From NCBI GenBank assembly GCA_964016885.1, contig OZ024740.1, positions 136,772,001 through 136,836,000 of the forward strand: a stretch of 64,000 nt of DNA, in the 5' to 3' direction. The number at the start of each line of letters is the position of its first letter. Positions within the stretch are counted from its first letter, which is position 1. Positions 1-13,659 of the stretch are shown here, in pieces. The notes beneath the pieces were generated by a model. That model ran no database searches. It saw only the letters and a program-made list of their open reading frames with translations, and was not told the DNA's origin. This stretch comes from Eledone cirrhosa (Eukaryota). Both the position numbers and the translations under genes were made by a program.

Positions 1-9
1 CACAGGTTC
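1..9 (-). CDS. CAD: CAD coding exon 5, first 9 nt only (EPV...), continues off the window
   Basis: Minus strand reads ttttttaattctag|GAA CCT GTG. The phase-0 acceptor matches the phase-0 end of the previous exon (...VSIK|EPV). Confidence 0.7.
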
Positions 10-98
10 CTAGAATTAAAAAAATTATATACTACTACATGTGATATTAATAAATGTATGTACAGCATTCCATAACATAAACAGAGAAATATTTCACC

Positions 99-351
<253 letters not shown>

Positions 352-1563
352 ACACCTACTGACAAAATTTAAAGTCTGCACAAAGAAAATTAAAGTTACA
401 ATTATAAATAACCCTCTCGAGTACATTTAATTGAAAATAATGTAAATAAATGAACATGACATTTGACAGAGAAATGTAAATGCTAAAGGGTTAAGCAACT
501 GATAGTACGACATCATGAGGCTAACATCAGTCATTGGTACTTGTTTACAGTTTAGTAAAGTGAAGCAATGCAGAATGTGTGGTCAATATTTTTACACTTT
601 TATAAACATAAATATCTGAAAGACCATTTTAAAATCATTTAGCCAGGGAGGGAAAGGCAGCATCTATGACCTTTTGTTTTTCCAGAGCTTCCAAGATTGG
701 TAAGCGGAAGAAGTTCTTAAACTGCAGACTTGCAAAAAAATGAATTCCACTGAAGGAACTCAGGGACCAGGAGAAATACTAAGGCTACAACGCGAAGCGC
801 CACAACAAATAAAGCAAGACATTGTTGGACACTAATAATTTCATCAGGCCACTGCCTTGGACTAGTATCTTATTTTATCAACCACTTGAAAGAATCAGTG
901 AGATTTGAACTCGGAGCAGAAAGAACCAGATAAAAACATTCTAATCACTGCAAATATGCCGCTTATAAACAGCAACATTAGTGCTGCTATGTATACATGT
1001 ACAGTATTACATTTCATTTTTCATTAAAATTCATAGATTTCCAAGCATATGACATTGAAAATAGGTCATAGAATAGTGGCTAACATCTTTTAGTTGTACA
1101 CTGAGAATGATCGTAATGGTGAACAATAATTACAACTATTTAGGACAAGGTTTTGTTTTTTAATGACAGCTCTTCCCACTCATATATTAACCTTTAGTAT
1201 GAGTGTTTAGAATACCATACTATTGTAACCAATTTGAGTGACCTGTAAGATGTATTTTTGAGTTTCATTGCTATTTTACCATTCCATGCAAACATGGACA
1301 AAAATTACTTTTTGTTTTCTCATGCAAAACAGATACAGATTGACTGTATACTTTTTGTTTCATTACTACATGGCTTTGGCTTCTATCCCACTGCATGGTG
1401 CCTTGGGCAAGTATCTTTTACTATAACCTCAGACTAAGCAATGTCATATCAGTAAAATCTGGTAAACAAACTAAAAACTCAGAGTATATGTGTCTCTTAA
1501 TTTGATATTAGTGCAAGCAATTATCTCATATTACATAATCTATAAATATAAAACAGAAGATAT

Positions 1564-1803
1564 CTATCTATCTAAGGTGGGTAAAATTCCCGAGATTTTT
1601 TTTTTTCTTTTCAATGGCTGACAATACCTTACCGGCGCCACTCGAATAAGGTAGTTATTTAACCCATAAATGGAGCCCTAACAGGTACTACCACCCCGGG
1701 CCAGGGCAGACCTGGGAGTCATGACAACTAAGGGGTAACTCCACATTCCCCACATCTCCTGAACTCCCGAACTGGAGCCTTGCCACTGGATGTAGTTTAA
1801 TGT
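1564..1803. mobile_element. Short interspersed repeat inserted in the Helitron
   Basis: Flanked by the 10-bp direct repeat cagaagatat (1554-1563 and 1804-1813), with a (TATC)n tail at one end. Confidence 0.6.
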
Positions 1804-2124
1804 CAGAAGATATGTGTGTGTGTAAATCCCTAAAAGTCGAGAAGTACCCGACTAATTTTTTTCAAAATTTATTATATTACTTATATTTCTTGGGCTAAAT
1901 CATTTTTTACCTTTTCTACCCTATTAGGCGAAAAACCGCTTTTTTTTTTTTAGGTGTAACTTAAAGATAATCCAGCCGATTTCCTCGGAATTTGCAGCAC
2001 ACATTAGTTAGTCCCCTCATTACTGTGGACAAAAAAAATTTCTGATTCCATTAATCGTTTCTAGGAAATTTATGAATTAGCACTGGGCGTTACATGCTAT
2101 TTTCATTTTCAATATAAACGCTAC

Positions 2125-3427
2125 TTAAACCTTTAGCATTCGCATTAATTTTCAAATGTCATGCTTATCTGTTCGCATTATTTTGGGTTAAGGTGGTGGA
2201 TTGGCAGTATCGGGAGAAGGTCGGATGCCATGCCTTGCAGCATAGAGTTACGCCCCTTTAGGGTCTGAGTTCAAATCACGCCAAGGCTAACTTTGCCTTT
2301 CATCTTTACGGGGTCGATGAAATGAAGTACCAGTAATGCACTAGGATAATTGCTGGCCTTGTGACAAAAAGTAGAAACAATTATTTGGAGTTAACCATAC
2401 TCAACAAGAGGGTTATCAATTTTATTTGTTTGTAATTTTCTTAATTTTCTATGGGCAGGCTTGAAATCTTGTCAGTAGATGTTTAAATATCAATAATTTA
2501 CAATTATATAATTTTACCTGATTTTTTTGTCAAATTTGACTTTTATGAGCAGGTGAAATTAATTAATAGGGGCATTTGAAGTATCAACCAGGTGCAAATA
2601 CTGGTTTAATTTTAAATACCTTGTTTTCGGCATAATACTTGATATATAAGGATCACTAAACCTTATATTAGTGTTCCAGTAATTCCACAGTCTTGGAAAT
2701 TGTTTTATACCGAACATAATATTTATGGTAAAAAATGCTTGCATTTCCACAGCATCTGTTGGTCGCCAAACAGATCGGGTTTTCCTTGACTTGAAATCTG
2801 TTGTTGGGCATATTGATTAATCTCTTCTGCCACAACTTCAAAGAAAGTTTGTAGTAAAAACAAAAAGAAATAATCCAGTGCTTTAGCATTGGGAGCTAAT
2901 GTGTGTTGTGGACTAGTATTTTAAATAAATATCGGGAACATATATTGGTGTGGTATTTTTCAATCACGTTGCTGTAATATTTTCAATGGCGTCCTGGAGA
3001 TCTCCTTCGTTTTCACTTTCAAAACAACAATCATCGTCGGATGAAATTTCAGAAATGTAAACATCTGATTCATTTGAAGATAAATCACTAATATTATCGT
3101 TTGTTTCTTCTTCATTCTGAATGTCATCGTGTGTAAAACCTTCAAAGTCGGTATCGCTACTTTCACAAGCCATGTTGATATACAAAAAAATCTGTTCTAC
3201 TTTCAACGTTAAAAAAAACACGTTGTTTTAAGTTGTTTCACTATATTAAGTGTTAATTTTTGTGGTCAGGGCCTAATCTCGCAGTATTCTCGACTCAACA
3301 AAATTTTGATGATCGTTTGTTTATTTTTAGAACGATATTTTAGTGTGGGTGTTATCAGCCGGCTTCGGGCGGTTTGAATAAATGAAGGGGAAATAATTTC
3401 AGGCGGTTTGAACACTAAAAGGGTTAA
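2125..3427 (-). mobile_element. Internally deleted piggyBac element with transposase N-terminal remnant
   Basis: TTAA at both ends with matching terminal repeats (ttaaacctttag / ctaaaagggttaa). Fragmented ORFs: acidic N-terminus (2964-3221) and EMQAFF..NI.FGI...YW......PYISSIMPKTRY...QYLHLVD (2559-2750), typical of PGBD-type transposases. Confidence 0.8.
2190..2385 (+). mobile_element. tRNA-derived SINE with Nin/Deu-like central domain
   Basis: Box-B-like gagttcaaatc followed by the ttgcctttcatc...ggggtcgat.aaat.aagtaccag domain; same family as more than 12 other copies in the window. Confidence 0.8.
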
Positions 3428-4549
3428 ACATCGTAAGTAACATATTTTGTTGCACCTACACCGCAGTACGTTAAACATTTTTTCATTTAACAGAGGACAC
3501 AACACTTACTTTTAAGCAGGACTATTTTCGGGGAGATTGAGGAAATGAGGAGGACCTTAAAATTTTTATCGCCGCCCTGTTGACGCTTCGTGCTTTCATC
3601 ACGCGCAAAGCCGGGCCCTCTGTACGTTGCAATGTTATTGACACCGTAAAACTCACGCCTGTGCTACTTCTACTAAGTCCCCTTTTGTTGCACCTACACC
3701 GCAGTATGAACGCCCTGCCCAGCGGTTGTGCTAATTCCGCGGTGACCCCTTTTGTTGCTGTGTAAACGCAGTGCAACCAGTGCTGCCCAGCATTTGTGCT
3801 AATTACACCATGACCCCCCTTCTGCTGCAGCTGCGTTGCCACGCTGATTTCGTCATCTCAATATCCCTACTTAAACGTACATACCTACTTGGTTTTCACA
3901 CAATTGACTATGTCGCTCCCAATTTTCTCCAAATGGAAGAAAAATCATACTCTAAGATTTAGTACGCTTAAAGAATATCCAGCTGATTTTCTTCAGATTT
4001 TGCACACACATACAGATGTTTCACAATTCGGGCCTGCTGGTGTTCTACGTTTCCAGTAGATGAACAATCATTCCCTGAGAATAAGGGAATTCAAAGAGTA
4101 CACGGCTACATTCCTCAATCTTTGCATATGCGTGTTGCTATTTCACGTTCCCAACCCTGTGCAACGCCGGGTCCTGCTGCTAGTAAACCAACAAACTGAA
4201 GATTTTATCATGGCACTAATTTTCAGAGCTGATTGAATTAGTGCTCTAAATGTTATCCTTGCAGTAATTACAATGCATTAATTCATAAAAAGAAGTGGAT
4301 ATAAATATAAAAAGGTATAGTCTAAGTATCTGACTGGTATTTTATTTAATCTAAGAGATTTACACAAATTTATTGGAGCATATTTTCTTTTAACCTTTTC
4401 ATTACCATATTTCTCATTTTTAAATACTTTTGAAAACATAAATTTGAAGGGATTTAGAAATATAACTTTCTCATTATTAAGCTAGAATTTGGAACAATAT
4501 TCTTACATAGAATTATAATTATATTACATAGAATTGTAATACCTACACC

Positions 4550-4735
4550 AAAATTGTTTCTACTTTAGGCACAAGGCCAGCAATTACCCAGTGCATTACT
4601 GGTACTTTATTTTATCGATCCTGTAAGGATGAAAGGCAAAGTCAACCTCGGCGGGATTTGAATTCAGATCGTAAAGGGACGTAACTATGCTGGAAAGCAT
4701 GGCGTTCGACCCTCTACCGATACTGCCAATCCACA
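4550..4735 (-). mobile_element. Nin/Deu-domain SINE copy
   Basis: Reverse complement of the same SINE consensus; a more degraded copy lies near 6650-6800. Confidence 0.8.
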
Positions 4736-4888
4736 TTATAATGAAAGATTTTTAGATAGTTATAAACAACTTAAAATACAGTATACTATTGTAGAACTAG
4801 AGGCAGCTAAATTCATATGAAAATAGTTAACACAATGACAGTTCAACCAGCCAACAACTTATATTTATCACAATTTTAGTTTACAAAC

Positions 4889-4972
4889 CTTTATTGATAC
4901 TTGTTCCACCAAATGTTCTTTATTAGGATCACTGAATGCCAAAATACTGGGATCTGTTCCCTCAAGAATAAC
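4889..4972 (-). CDS. CAD: CAD coding exon 4 (VILEGTDPSILAFSDPNKEHLVEQVSIK)
   Basis: ttctgcag| acceptor and |gtttgt donor; 84 nt, phase 0-0; resembles the CAD segment ...DPN..LV..VSIK. Confidence 0.92.
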
Positions 4973-5111
4973 CTGCAGAAAAAAAAATGTCCGTAAATAT
5001 AATGCCAAAACATCCATTGGGGGAATACAAGCTAGGCAAACTGATATTAGAAAGTTTTGCTTATATCTTCTCCAAATGCCCTGACAAAAAAATTTCTGCC
5101 TGAATATATAT

Positions 5112-5510
5112 CATCATCATCATTTAAGGTCCATCTTCCATGCTAGCATGGGTTAGACGGGATTGTCCTACTTGAGGCAAGATTGGTTGGGTGACCATGT
5201 CTTGCTCGTATAGAACTGTATCTGGCAGGATGCCCTTCCTATATATATATGTATATAACATCCATCCACTCGCCACAGTTCTTTCTCATCTCCTCTGGAA
5301 GTCTCAGCGATTTGCGGTCAGCTCTCACCAGCACCCCCCAAGTCTTTTTCAGTTTACTGCAGATTCCTTCCACTGACATTTCCTCGCACTTCACCCATCA
5401 ATCATCACCATACCAACGCAGCCTTCATATGTCCATACCAACGCAGCCTTCTATACTGCACACATCGGATTCCATTTAAACCCAGCTCCTCCCTCAGTTC
5501 ATAGCAGGGA
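5112..5510 (-). mobile_element. RTE LINE 3' fragments
   Basis: (CAT)n tail with the conserved 3' end, and a minus-strand peptide ELREELGLNGIRCVQYRRLRWYGH. Similar tails at ~7765, 12735, 19620, 22510, 23220, 24500, 58235 and 60490. Confidence 0.7.
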
Positions 5511-5549
5511 AAACGGACATTAAAACAACAATGATGATGATGTGTATGT

Positions 5550-5880
5550 GAAGGCACATGGCTTAGTGGTAAGAGCATCAGGTTTGCAAACATGAGGTTG
5601 TGAGCTTGATTCTCAAACCAGATGATGTGTTGTGTCCTTGAGCAAGACACTATTTCACATTGCCCCAGTTCACTCAGCTGCAGAAATGTTGCGATGTCAC
5701 TGGTGCCAAGCTGTATCAATAATTTCCTGTCCCTTGAACAACATCGATGGCATGGAGAGGGTAGACTGATATGCATGGACGACTGCTGGTCTTCCACAAA
5801 CAACCTTACTTGGACTTGTAGCCTGGAGGACTTTCTAGGTGTAAATCCCATGGTCATTCGTGACCAAAGAGAGTCTCTCT
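5550..5880 (+). mobile_element. Second tRNA-derived SINE family (Meta/CORE-like gtgtccttgagcaagacact domain)
   Basis: Box-A-like tggcttagtggt followed by the conserved domain; related copies at ~11650-11930 (-), 12940-13085 (-) and 50955-51220 (+). Confidence 0.7.
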
Positions 5881-8136
5881 CCACACACACACATATATGT
5901 ACATACATATACACACGCCATCAGCATTATTTTGATGTCCACTTTTTGTGTTGGCATGGGTAAGTTTGATCCACCATGCACCATTTGTTAATGTGATTCT
6001 CATCATTGAGATTTTATTTAAATCTTCCTTGTTGTACCTCATTTTAAAGAACTTAAATATTCACTCAGCAGGTATCACCCAGTCACATAACATAATACAT
6101 CTCTACAACACTTACAGCAGATGTAGAAGACAGTAACAAAAGTAAAAATGAAACAAACCTTAGAACACTCAAACACCACATTTGCCCAACAGAAACAGTA
6201 ACACTGGTGTACAAACAATACATTACATCCATCCTAGACTATCCAGCTCTACATGCTTTTCTCACAAACTCTCCACAACAAACTACAAAGCATGCAAGAC
6301 AGCACATTACATCATCAGGGGTTGTACACAGACCATCTACGCAATGAAACAAAATACTAAAACACAACTACCTAGATTTGCAAGGACATTGCCTTGCCTC
6401 AACAAGCTTAAACCCTCACAGCTCTTACCACTATATGAAAAAAAAAAATCATCTCCAAATGCCCTGACACATATAAACATCATTACAACAGCATCCTAAA
6501 ACTATCTTTCCACTCAGCCCTGACACATATATGTATGGGCCTGTAACTCCCAGTGAAGACATATGGGTGTCAGTGACATATAGTGCTTCTTGAGTATTTC
6601 AAATCAGGCAGAGCCCATTTCCTCTCCAGGTTTGAACATAGCAATTTCTCCCCCTCCCAGAGAGAGAGGTATCAATTCCAGTACTGTAGTAGTACCTCAA
6701 TAAAAGAGGCAAAGTTGATTTCGATAAGATTTGAACATAGTGCAGAGAGCCGGAATGAATACAATAAATCATTTTAGCCAATGTTCTAACAGCTCTGCCA
6801 GCTACCCAGAGAGACCTATATACAAAAATACCTGCATCAGGTTTTTAAACATTGTGTTGGAATGTAAGTGGAGAAGAGCAGTAAATATCTCAAAAAGAAA
6901 ATGAACAATGGCGAGAGTGTAATATGTCTAGACTATCACACTGCACCTCATTTGATGTATCTCTGTATATCAGAGTGCAATATGGTCCTCAGCTTAGTGG
7001 ACACATAGTATAACTAGAAAGAAAAACCCATAGGCCATATCTAATCATTCAACTAACTACATACCATACGACCACCTTATCAGGGCTGAGCTGGGGTTAC
7101 ATAAAAAAATTTTTCAGGAATTTAATTACCAAATTACACAGTACATCTGACTAAAATTTTTTTTATTACTATTTTAGTAAAAGAGAGGACAGAGCCCATG
7201 ACCTCTTTCAAGGCCTTTTGACACTGGTAGAAAGGAAGGGGGAAAGTATCCTCAAACTGGAGAATTAAACTAAATGCTGGCAACAGTGTAAACTCTGTGA
7301 AAGGCATTCAAGAGCCAGGGAGTGATGTTAAACTAAGTGACAGATTATATAATAAGTTCAGTATAAGTATGAAGCTCAATATTATTTACTTTCGCCTTTA
7401 AATAAATGTTATGGTTGACTGGTAAAAATATAGAAAGCTACAAAGGAACATTAAGTTTATAAAAACTAAGCTTCATAAGTACATTCATGTTATATTTGGC
7501 TGAATGGAAACCATGATATAACTTACATAACATCCTGTTTCATACACAATGACTGTTGGTGATAATGACTACAGTTTGAGAATTGATATACGAGTGCCTA
7601 AACAAAAACCTGATGTTTAGGTGTCTTTAGAAGAGTTGCCGTGTTGTAAGCATTTGGAAGTGGTCTCCAATTTCAGGATAACATTCTAATTTTCACCTTT
7701 CCACTTGTTTCTCAGGCCTTACAAAAAAATGAAAGGTTATGGGTGTTATCCTCATCTAATATATGATCATCACCACCATTTAACATCCATTTTCCATGAT
7801 AGCATGGGTTAGACAGGCTGTCCTGTTGAGACAAATCATGTCAGATGACTGCGTCTAGCTCATACAGAACAGTTTCTGGCTTGGTTTCTACAGTGAATGC
7901 CCTTCCTAACACCAACCACATTTACATATTCTTATTGTAGTTTCATGGTTCTGGCAATGATAAGACAACACCATAGCTAATTATTTTATGGATCTGACTT
8001 GGCAAATGAACATGCAGAGAAAAAATTCAGTTGGCTCATCAGTTAAACAGCATGAAAAAGGATCAGTTTCAAAAACTGAAACAAGCCAAAGAAAAGGTGG
8101 ATCAAAAGTGATGAAATATGGAGGAGTAATAATTAC

Positions 8137-8195
8137 CTTCCCTAACATTGTTCCCTTGTCCCGAATGTGTTTGGTCAGGGCTCGAGTGTCAATAC
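8137..8195 (-). CDS. CAD: CAD coding exon 3 ((G)IDTRALTKHIRDKGTMLGK)
   Basis: tacag| acceptor and |gtaatt donor; 59 nt, phase 1-0; contains the GIDTRALTK motif of the CPSase small chain. Confidence 0.95.
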
Positions 8196-8779
8196 CTGTA
8201 AGAAGAAATAAAATACATCCCTTCTAAGTAATCTTAATATTAAGAAGCAAAAGAAACATCATTGAATGAGACTAAAATAAAATTTTAAACCCTGCCTACT
8301 ATATTTGAGTTAACTGAAGAAATGATTAAAAAAAAAACAACAATGGTGCCAACTTCTACTTGGGTTCTAAAAGAACCCTTCAAAGGCATAGTTACAGATT
8401 TATCATCTCTAGTTCTTTTGTACTTGTGTTTGTATTCACTCAGAATCAGTTGAGCTACCTCCAACCAGTGACTCCATAGCATCATAAATAGAAGCCAACT
8501 ATATCGACAATCACAAATGCTAGAGCTGGAAATGACCAACTAGTTGTGATATCAACAGTGGACAGACACTATATATGTGAGGACTAGATATCAACTTGAG
8601 ATCTAACTTGATTGTACTATTCCACATTTCAGCTGTCTTGGTGTTTGTTATATTAAGAGTAGTGTATGCACTTCAATGAAATATTACTAATAATTACACA
8701 CTTATTCAACAAACCTAGTCATCCATTAAATGATGTTAATGGTTTATTAGAAAATCAATATTGATGAATATATATATAT

Positions 8780-9290
8780 AATCACCACCACCACCATCAT
8801 TTAACGACCATTTTCCACGCTAGCATAGGTAGGACGTGCTGTCCCGTTGTGAGAGATCTAGACCGGAGGACTTTTGCTCACACAGAACTAATTTTGGCTT
8901 GGTTTCTATGGCTGGATGCCCATCCTAACGCCAACCAGGTGGTGGCGTTAGGTATGGAGTGGAGGCTTAGGTGGGGGGGCTACAGCAAGGGAGGTGTATA
9001 GAGGGGTGATGGGAGTGAAGGTCTTCTATATTAATGCATAGCGCCAGAGATCACAATCCTCTGTCATTGCCTTAGAGGTGTAATTGTGTAAGGTCAACTT
9101 TTATCACCTCATCCCAAGTCTTCCTAGGCCTGCTCACACCATGGCTTCCGTCAACTTTATCACAAGCCCCCTGCACACAATGCCCAGGTCTCGCTACTGT
9201 GCAACATTGTTGTTTGTATACATGCATCATACAGTCTGCCTTTAGCAGCGGTAATAACTACTGTGCTTTTGGAACACCCTCCTCCTTTCT
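8780..9290 (-). mobile_element. Deleted RTE LINE remnant
   Basis: Peptide KGRLYDACIQTTMLHSSETWAL plus the family 3' UTR and tail. Confidence 0.75.
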
Positions 9291-10249
9291 GTTCATGAAT
9301 CTCATACACCATCCAGCTTAAAGTAATTTTATATATATTTGCATCTATGGATAAATGTAATACTTCCATGTGCAAGAAATAATTCCATGCCCAGTTTAGT
9401 ATGTTTTGTTTTTTTAGCATTTTCTAGAATGTTTTTTTTTATTTCTACCAGTCCTTCATTAATGTTTACAACACACAAGACTCAAACTACTGATTGCCAT
9501 GCTTTTCAAATTAATCAATAACTTAAAACTAGATTAATAAGGTGATCTTTTGCCTATTGTGTTCATGGTTTAATTTTCGGCCATTTTTTTTTTTATTCTA
9601 TCAGAAATAGAAATGATTCTTTATACACTTCTGCCAAAAAATTTGTGAATACACAGGTGAAATGTTAAGATAGATACGAGTGATATAACACACAAGGGGT
9701 AGACATGGGCTCTAAACCACAGGGAAGGCAGCCAGTCTAGAATAGTAACTTCAAATAGAACTATACAGGGTAGATGCAAACTATGCAAGGAAGGCACCTG
9801 TCTAAGAGAGCGGTTACTCTGAATTGAAACTATTGCAGAGTCGAGAGGACTCTTAACCCTTTAGCAATTAAACCAGCCATATATGGCCAGAATTCTCGCA
9901 CCTCTCTCTATTCAAACCAGCTGCTCATACTTATGTTAAGGTATTGTTCTCAAAATAAATATCAAAATCTCAAGATTTGATATCATGTGGAATAATTATG
10001 TGAGAGACTGTTTACAATGAAAATAGAATAGTAAATATAGAATAATGTAAATGTTAAATCCAGTCAACTTTTCTATTGCAGGTGACATGCTATAAAGTGA
10101 TTGGTGATAAAAAACAGACACACACACAATGTGGTAAATGCTGACCTCAAATGAGATAACAGTATTGAGTAGACTGATGACATGCTGTACTTGCATGCCA
10201 CACCTTGTGACGCTAAACTCCGCCAGTTGCATTAACATGTGATATCTCT

Positions 10250-10620
10250 CTCCACAAAGTTTGATTACCAGCAGCAGTGTTCAAAAAGCAAAAATCAAGT
10301 CCGGTCCATGCATTGTCAAGCCATCGTTTTGGCTGCCAGCCTCTGCTTCTCTTACCAGGCAACACCTACTCACACCACGAGTTGATCTTTTTATATGGCC
10401 GTATAGTTTGAGTACTCTTGACTTGACAATTGATGTAATTGGTCTAAGTTTGGTAATGTTGAGCAGCTCACTGATACAGATACGGTCGCTGAGCCGCTTG
10501 CCAGTCATAAGTCTCATGATGCGGCTTCTGATGTGACCTCGTCGTCCAATTAACACAGTAAAGACCATATAACACAACTGGTAGGATGTAAGAATCAAAG
10601 ATCTTAGCCTTCAAATGGTA
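10250..10620 (-). mobile_element. Divergent RTE-like LINE C-terminal remnant
   Basis: RLSDRICISELL...ITSIVKSRVLKLYGHIKR resembles the RTE C-terminal R.L.W.GH..R motif. Confidence 0.55.
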
Positions 10621-11430
10621 GGAAACTCTTTTTGATGTTAGTACTTCCTTGTTCTTGTTGAAAGCTGCCCAACCTAGAGCGATTCGATATCACACAAGCA
10701 GGGTAAAATGAGCATGAGACGATGGTCTATAAGTGATCAAAATATATTTAGTCCACCTAGCACACTTCCCATTTTAGTTTTCTCATTCACATCCCCGATT
10801 CCTCCTGCCTAATCAACCCATGCCAGAATGGAAAGCCATACCCACTTCCATTGTACTATCAAATGCCAATCTCTCCAAGGCCAAGTTTATCCCTGAATTC
10901 CTTCCTCATCCAACTAAACCAGCATGGAAAGTTGGGTGCACCACCACACAATACCACCAAACAGCATTTCCCTTAAGGCCATCCCTCCATCAGAAGGTAA
11001 CAGGTCATCTAGTAGCCACAACTCCCTATTCCCACACACACCAATCCAAGCAACTTGAATTAAAATGAGGTAGAGCTGATGCCATAAAATATACATTAAA
11101 GTCGTAGTATTGGTGCCTTCAGGTCAGTCAAATTGCAGTGATGGGTGTCAATAAAAACTACCTGGTTAAGTGGTAGTGGCAATGCTACAATAAAATGGAC
11201 TTGGTTCATACCATGAAGCGGTTGGCATTAGAAAATTTATCCAGCCATAGAAACCATGCCAGAATGGAACATATGAGCAAAGCAGTCATCTGACCTGTCT
11301 AACCTTTGAATTAGCATGAGTAAAAATATTGATTTCTTTTAATTATGATTGGAATGAGGAAGAAAATAGAGAAAGAAAGGAGATGGAAAGATAAAAACAG
11401 ATGCATTTACATTTACACATCTTGTAATGC

Positions 11431-11462
<32 letters not shown>

Positions 11463-11961
11463 AAAAACGGGTTTATTCATTCAAATGATTACAATATCTT
11501 TACAAGTGGAGAAACAAAAATGAAAATTTTCAGTAAACTAAAAGACTAATTTTTACTGTGATGTAGACAGTCCTGTTTTATACATTTCAAGACCATTTCA
11601 CTAATGCAGTTTCATTTGGAGCCAATCAATTATGTGTATGAGACCAATGATGAGCAATCCAGTTGATTTGTTCAACAGAACAGCCTGCTTGTGAAATTAA
11701 CGAGCAAGTGGCTGAGCATTCCAAGTACGTGTACCCTTAGCGTAATTTTCAGTGACAGTTGTGACAAAGCTGGACCCCTTTGAATTAGATACAACTCATT
11801 CTGCCAGCTGAGTGGACTGAAACAACTTGAAATAAAGTGTCTTGTTCAAGTACATGCTGTTAGGAATCAAATTCATGGCCTTTCATTTGTGAGCCAACAC
11901 CCTAACCACTAAACCAAACACCCTCACTAGTTTTATAAAAAAGAAAGAAAGAGAAGATTAC

Positions 11962-12231
11962 CACAAATAGCTGGGATAGATTCTTCAGCCAACCAATCTG
12001 ATAGAGAACGTACTGCATTCCAATGGCTGTAGTCGTCACTGAGAGCACCTATAATCAAGGCAGAAGCATGTATTTTGGCCGACTCAAACCAAAGTGGAAG
12101 GCCGTTCTTGTCTTTTTTCTCACTTGGAATTCCATAATTACCAATGAGTGGGTATGTAAGGATTAAGATCTGACATTTGTAAGATGGGTCTGTAAGAGAT
12201 TCTGGATATCCAACCATGCCAGTTTGGAAGA
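11962..12231 (-). CDS. CAD: CAD coding exon 2 ((V)[35 protein letters not shown]...IPAIC)
   Basis: ttttcag| acceptor and |gtaatc donor; 270 nt, phase 1-1; hallmark CPSase small-chain N-domain motif [17 protein letters not shown]. Confidence 0.97.
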
Positions 12232-12423
12232 CTGAAAAAAAAAAAAAATAAATAAATAAAAATAAACATTAAAAATATCTTAAAATAAAACAGTGTGCAC
12301 GAATATCAAAGAAGCACCTTTACTTTGGACCAAAATGTTTGGAAAAAAAAACTTATTTTAAGACTATAATGATAATATTGAATGTATTTAATTTTTTGAG
12401 TCCAGGATTAGTATACCATATAT

Positions 12424-12605
12424 CAGGTATGTCAAACATGCAGCCCGCATACGGCCTGCATAAAGGTTTTTACAGTGTGAACATGTTTTATCTTCGTGAT
12501 ATAAAAGCTTTAAAATGTGTTGTAATGTGCGCCGCAATTAGTTGTCGTTTGTCGCTCTCAGACAACACATATCTGACCCATGTGGCCCTCAGTTTGATAT
12601 GCCTG
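12424..12605. mobile_element. hAT-type MITE
   Basis: Terminal inverted repeats caggtatgtcaaac / gtttgatatgcctg; 8-bp flanks ccatatat / ctctatat match at 6 of 8 positions. Confidence 0.65.
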
Positions 12606-13659
12606 CTCTATATATATATATACCAGGATTACCAGATATATGAATAATTATACAAACTGGGAAATTTGAATTTTGATCAATTGGTTCGCATAAGAAAAAC
12701 CCTACAGTTTATGTTGATTACTGACACAAAGTAAATCATCATCATCATCACTGTTTTATGTCCATTCTTCCACGCTAGCATGGGTTAGACGGGTTGTCCT
12801 GTTGTGGGCAGTGTCTGATCGGCTGACCTTGTCTTGCTCATACGAGAACTGATATTTACTGTGAGTGCTGGGTGCTTTTTTTCCGTGGCACCTCCACGAC
12901 CACTTTGCAGTGGAATGATAGGGACCTCAGTCCCTATCATCTCATTTCTACAGCTGAGTAAACTGAAGCAATGTGAAATAAAGTGTCTTGCTCAAGGAAA
13001 CAACACATCACCCAGTCCGAGAATTGAACTCACAACCTTTTGATTGCAAGCCCAATGCTCTAACCACTAAGCCATGCACCTTCACAAAGTAAATAAAGAT
13101 GATATTTTAATAATAAATTTCTGGGATATAATTACATAAGTGTTCAGCACATATGGTTGCAAAGCAAACTGAACCACAACCATATACTTATATATTTTTA
13201 ATTGTTTGTTATTAGACAGTAGCCATGCCAAGGCACCATCTTGAAGGGATTTCATTGATCAAGCTGGATCTAAACTTCAAACTTATTGAAATGAGACAGC
13301 AACTGAATTATATGACAAAGCAATTCTATTTAGTTTTTTTCATGTAGACACAGGTATGGCTGAATGATCAAGAAATTCAATCCACCAATACTTGGTTTGG
13401 AGTTTAATCTTACTGCATGGCACTTTGGACAAGTGTTTTCTACTATGGCATCAAACTGACCAATTCCTTATGAATTAAATTTTGTAGACAGAAACTGTGA
13501 AAGCCTCTCATGTATGTGTCTCCACATATGACTTTACAATGACACTGTTTAAAAACAAACACCTGTCTGTTTATGTTCCACATAAAGAATAAGACCTGTA
13601 ATCTAGCTGTTTGAAGTGAGCAGACCAATAGAACAAGTACCTTGTTATATTCATCTATA

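Larger units (their letters stand above)
1539..4183 (+). mobile_element. Non-autonomous Helitron-like element carrying nested insertions
   Basis: Starts A|TCTATAAATATAAA; ends with a GC-rich subterminal hairpin (ccctgtgcaacgccggg) and CTAG|T, the canonical Helitron termini and A|T target. Confidence 0.65.

Noticed and set aside
2190-2290. tRNA gene
   Set aside because: Only A/B-box-like SINE heads; no full cloverleaf, and the sequence continues into the SINE body.
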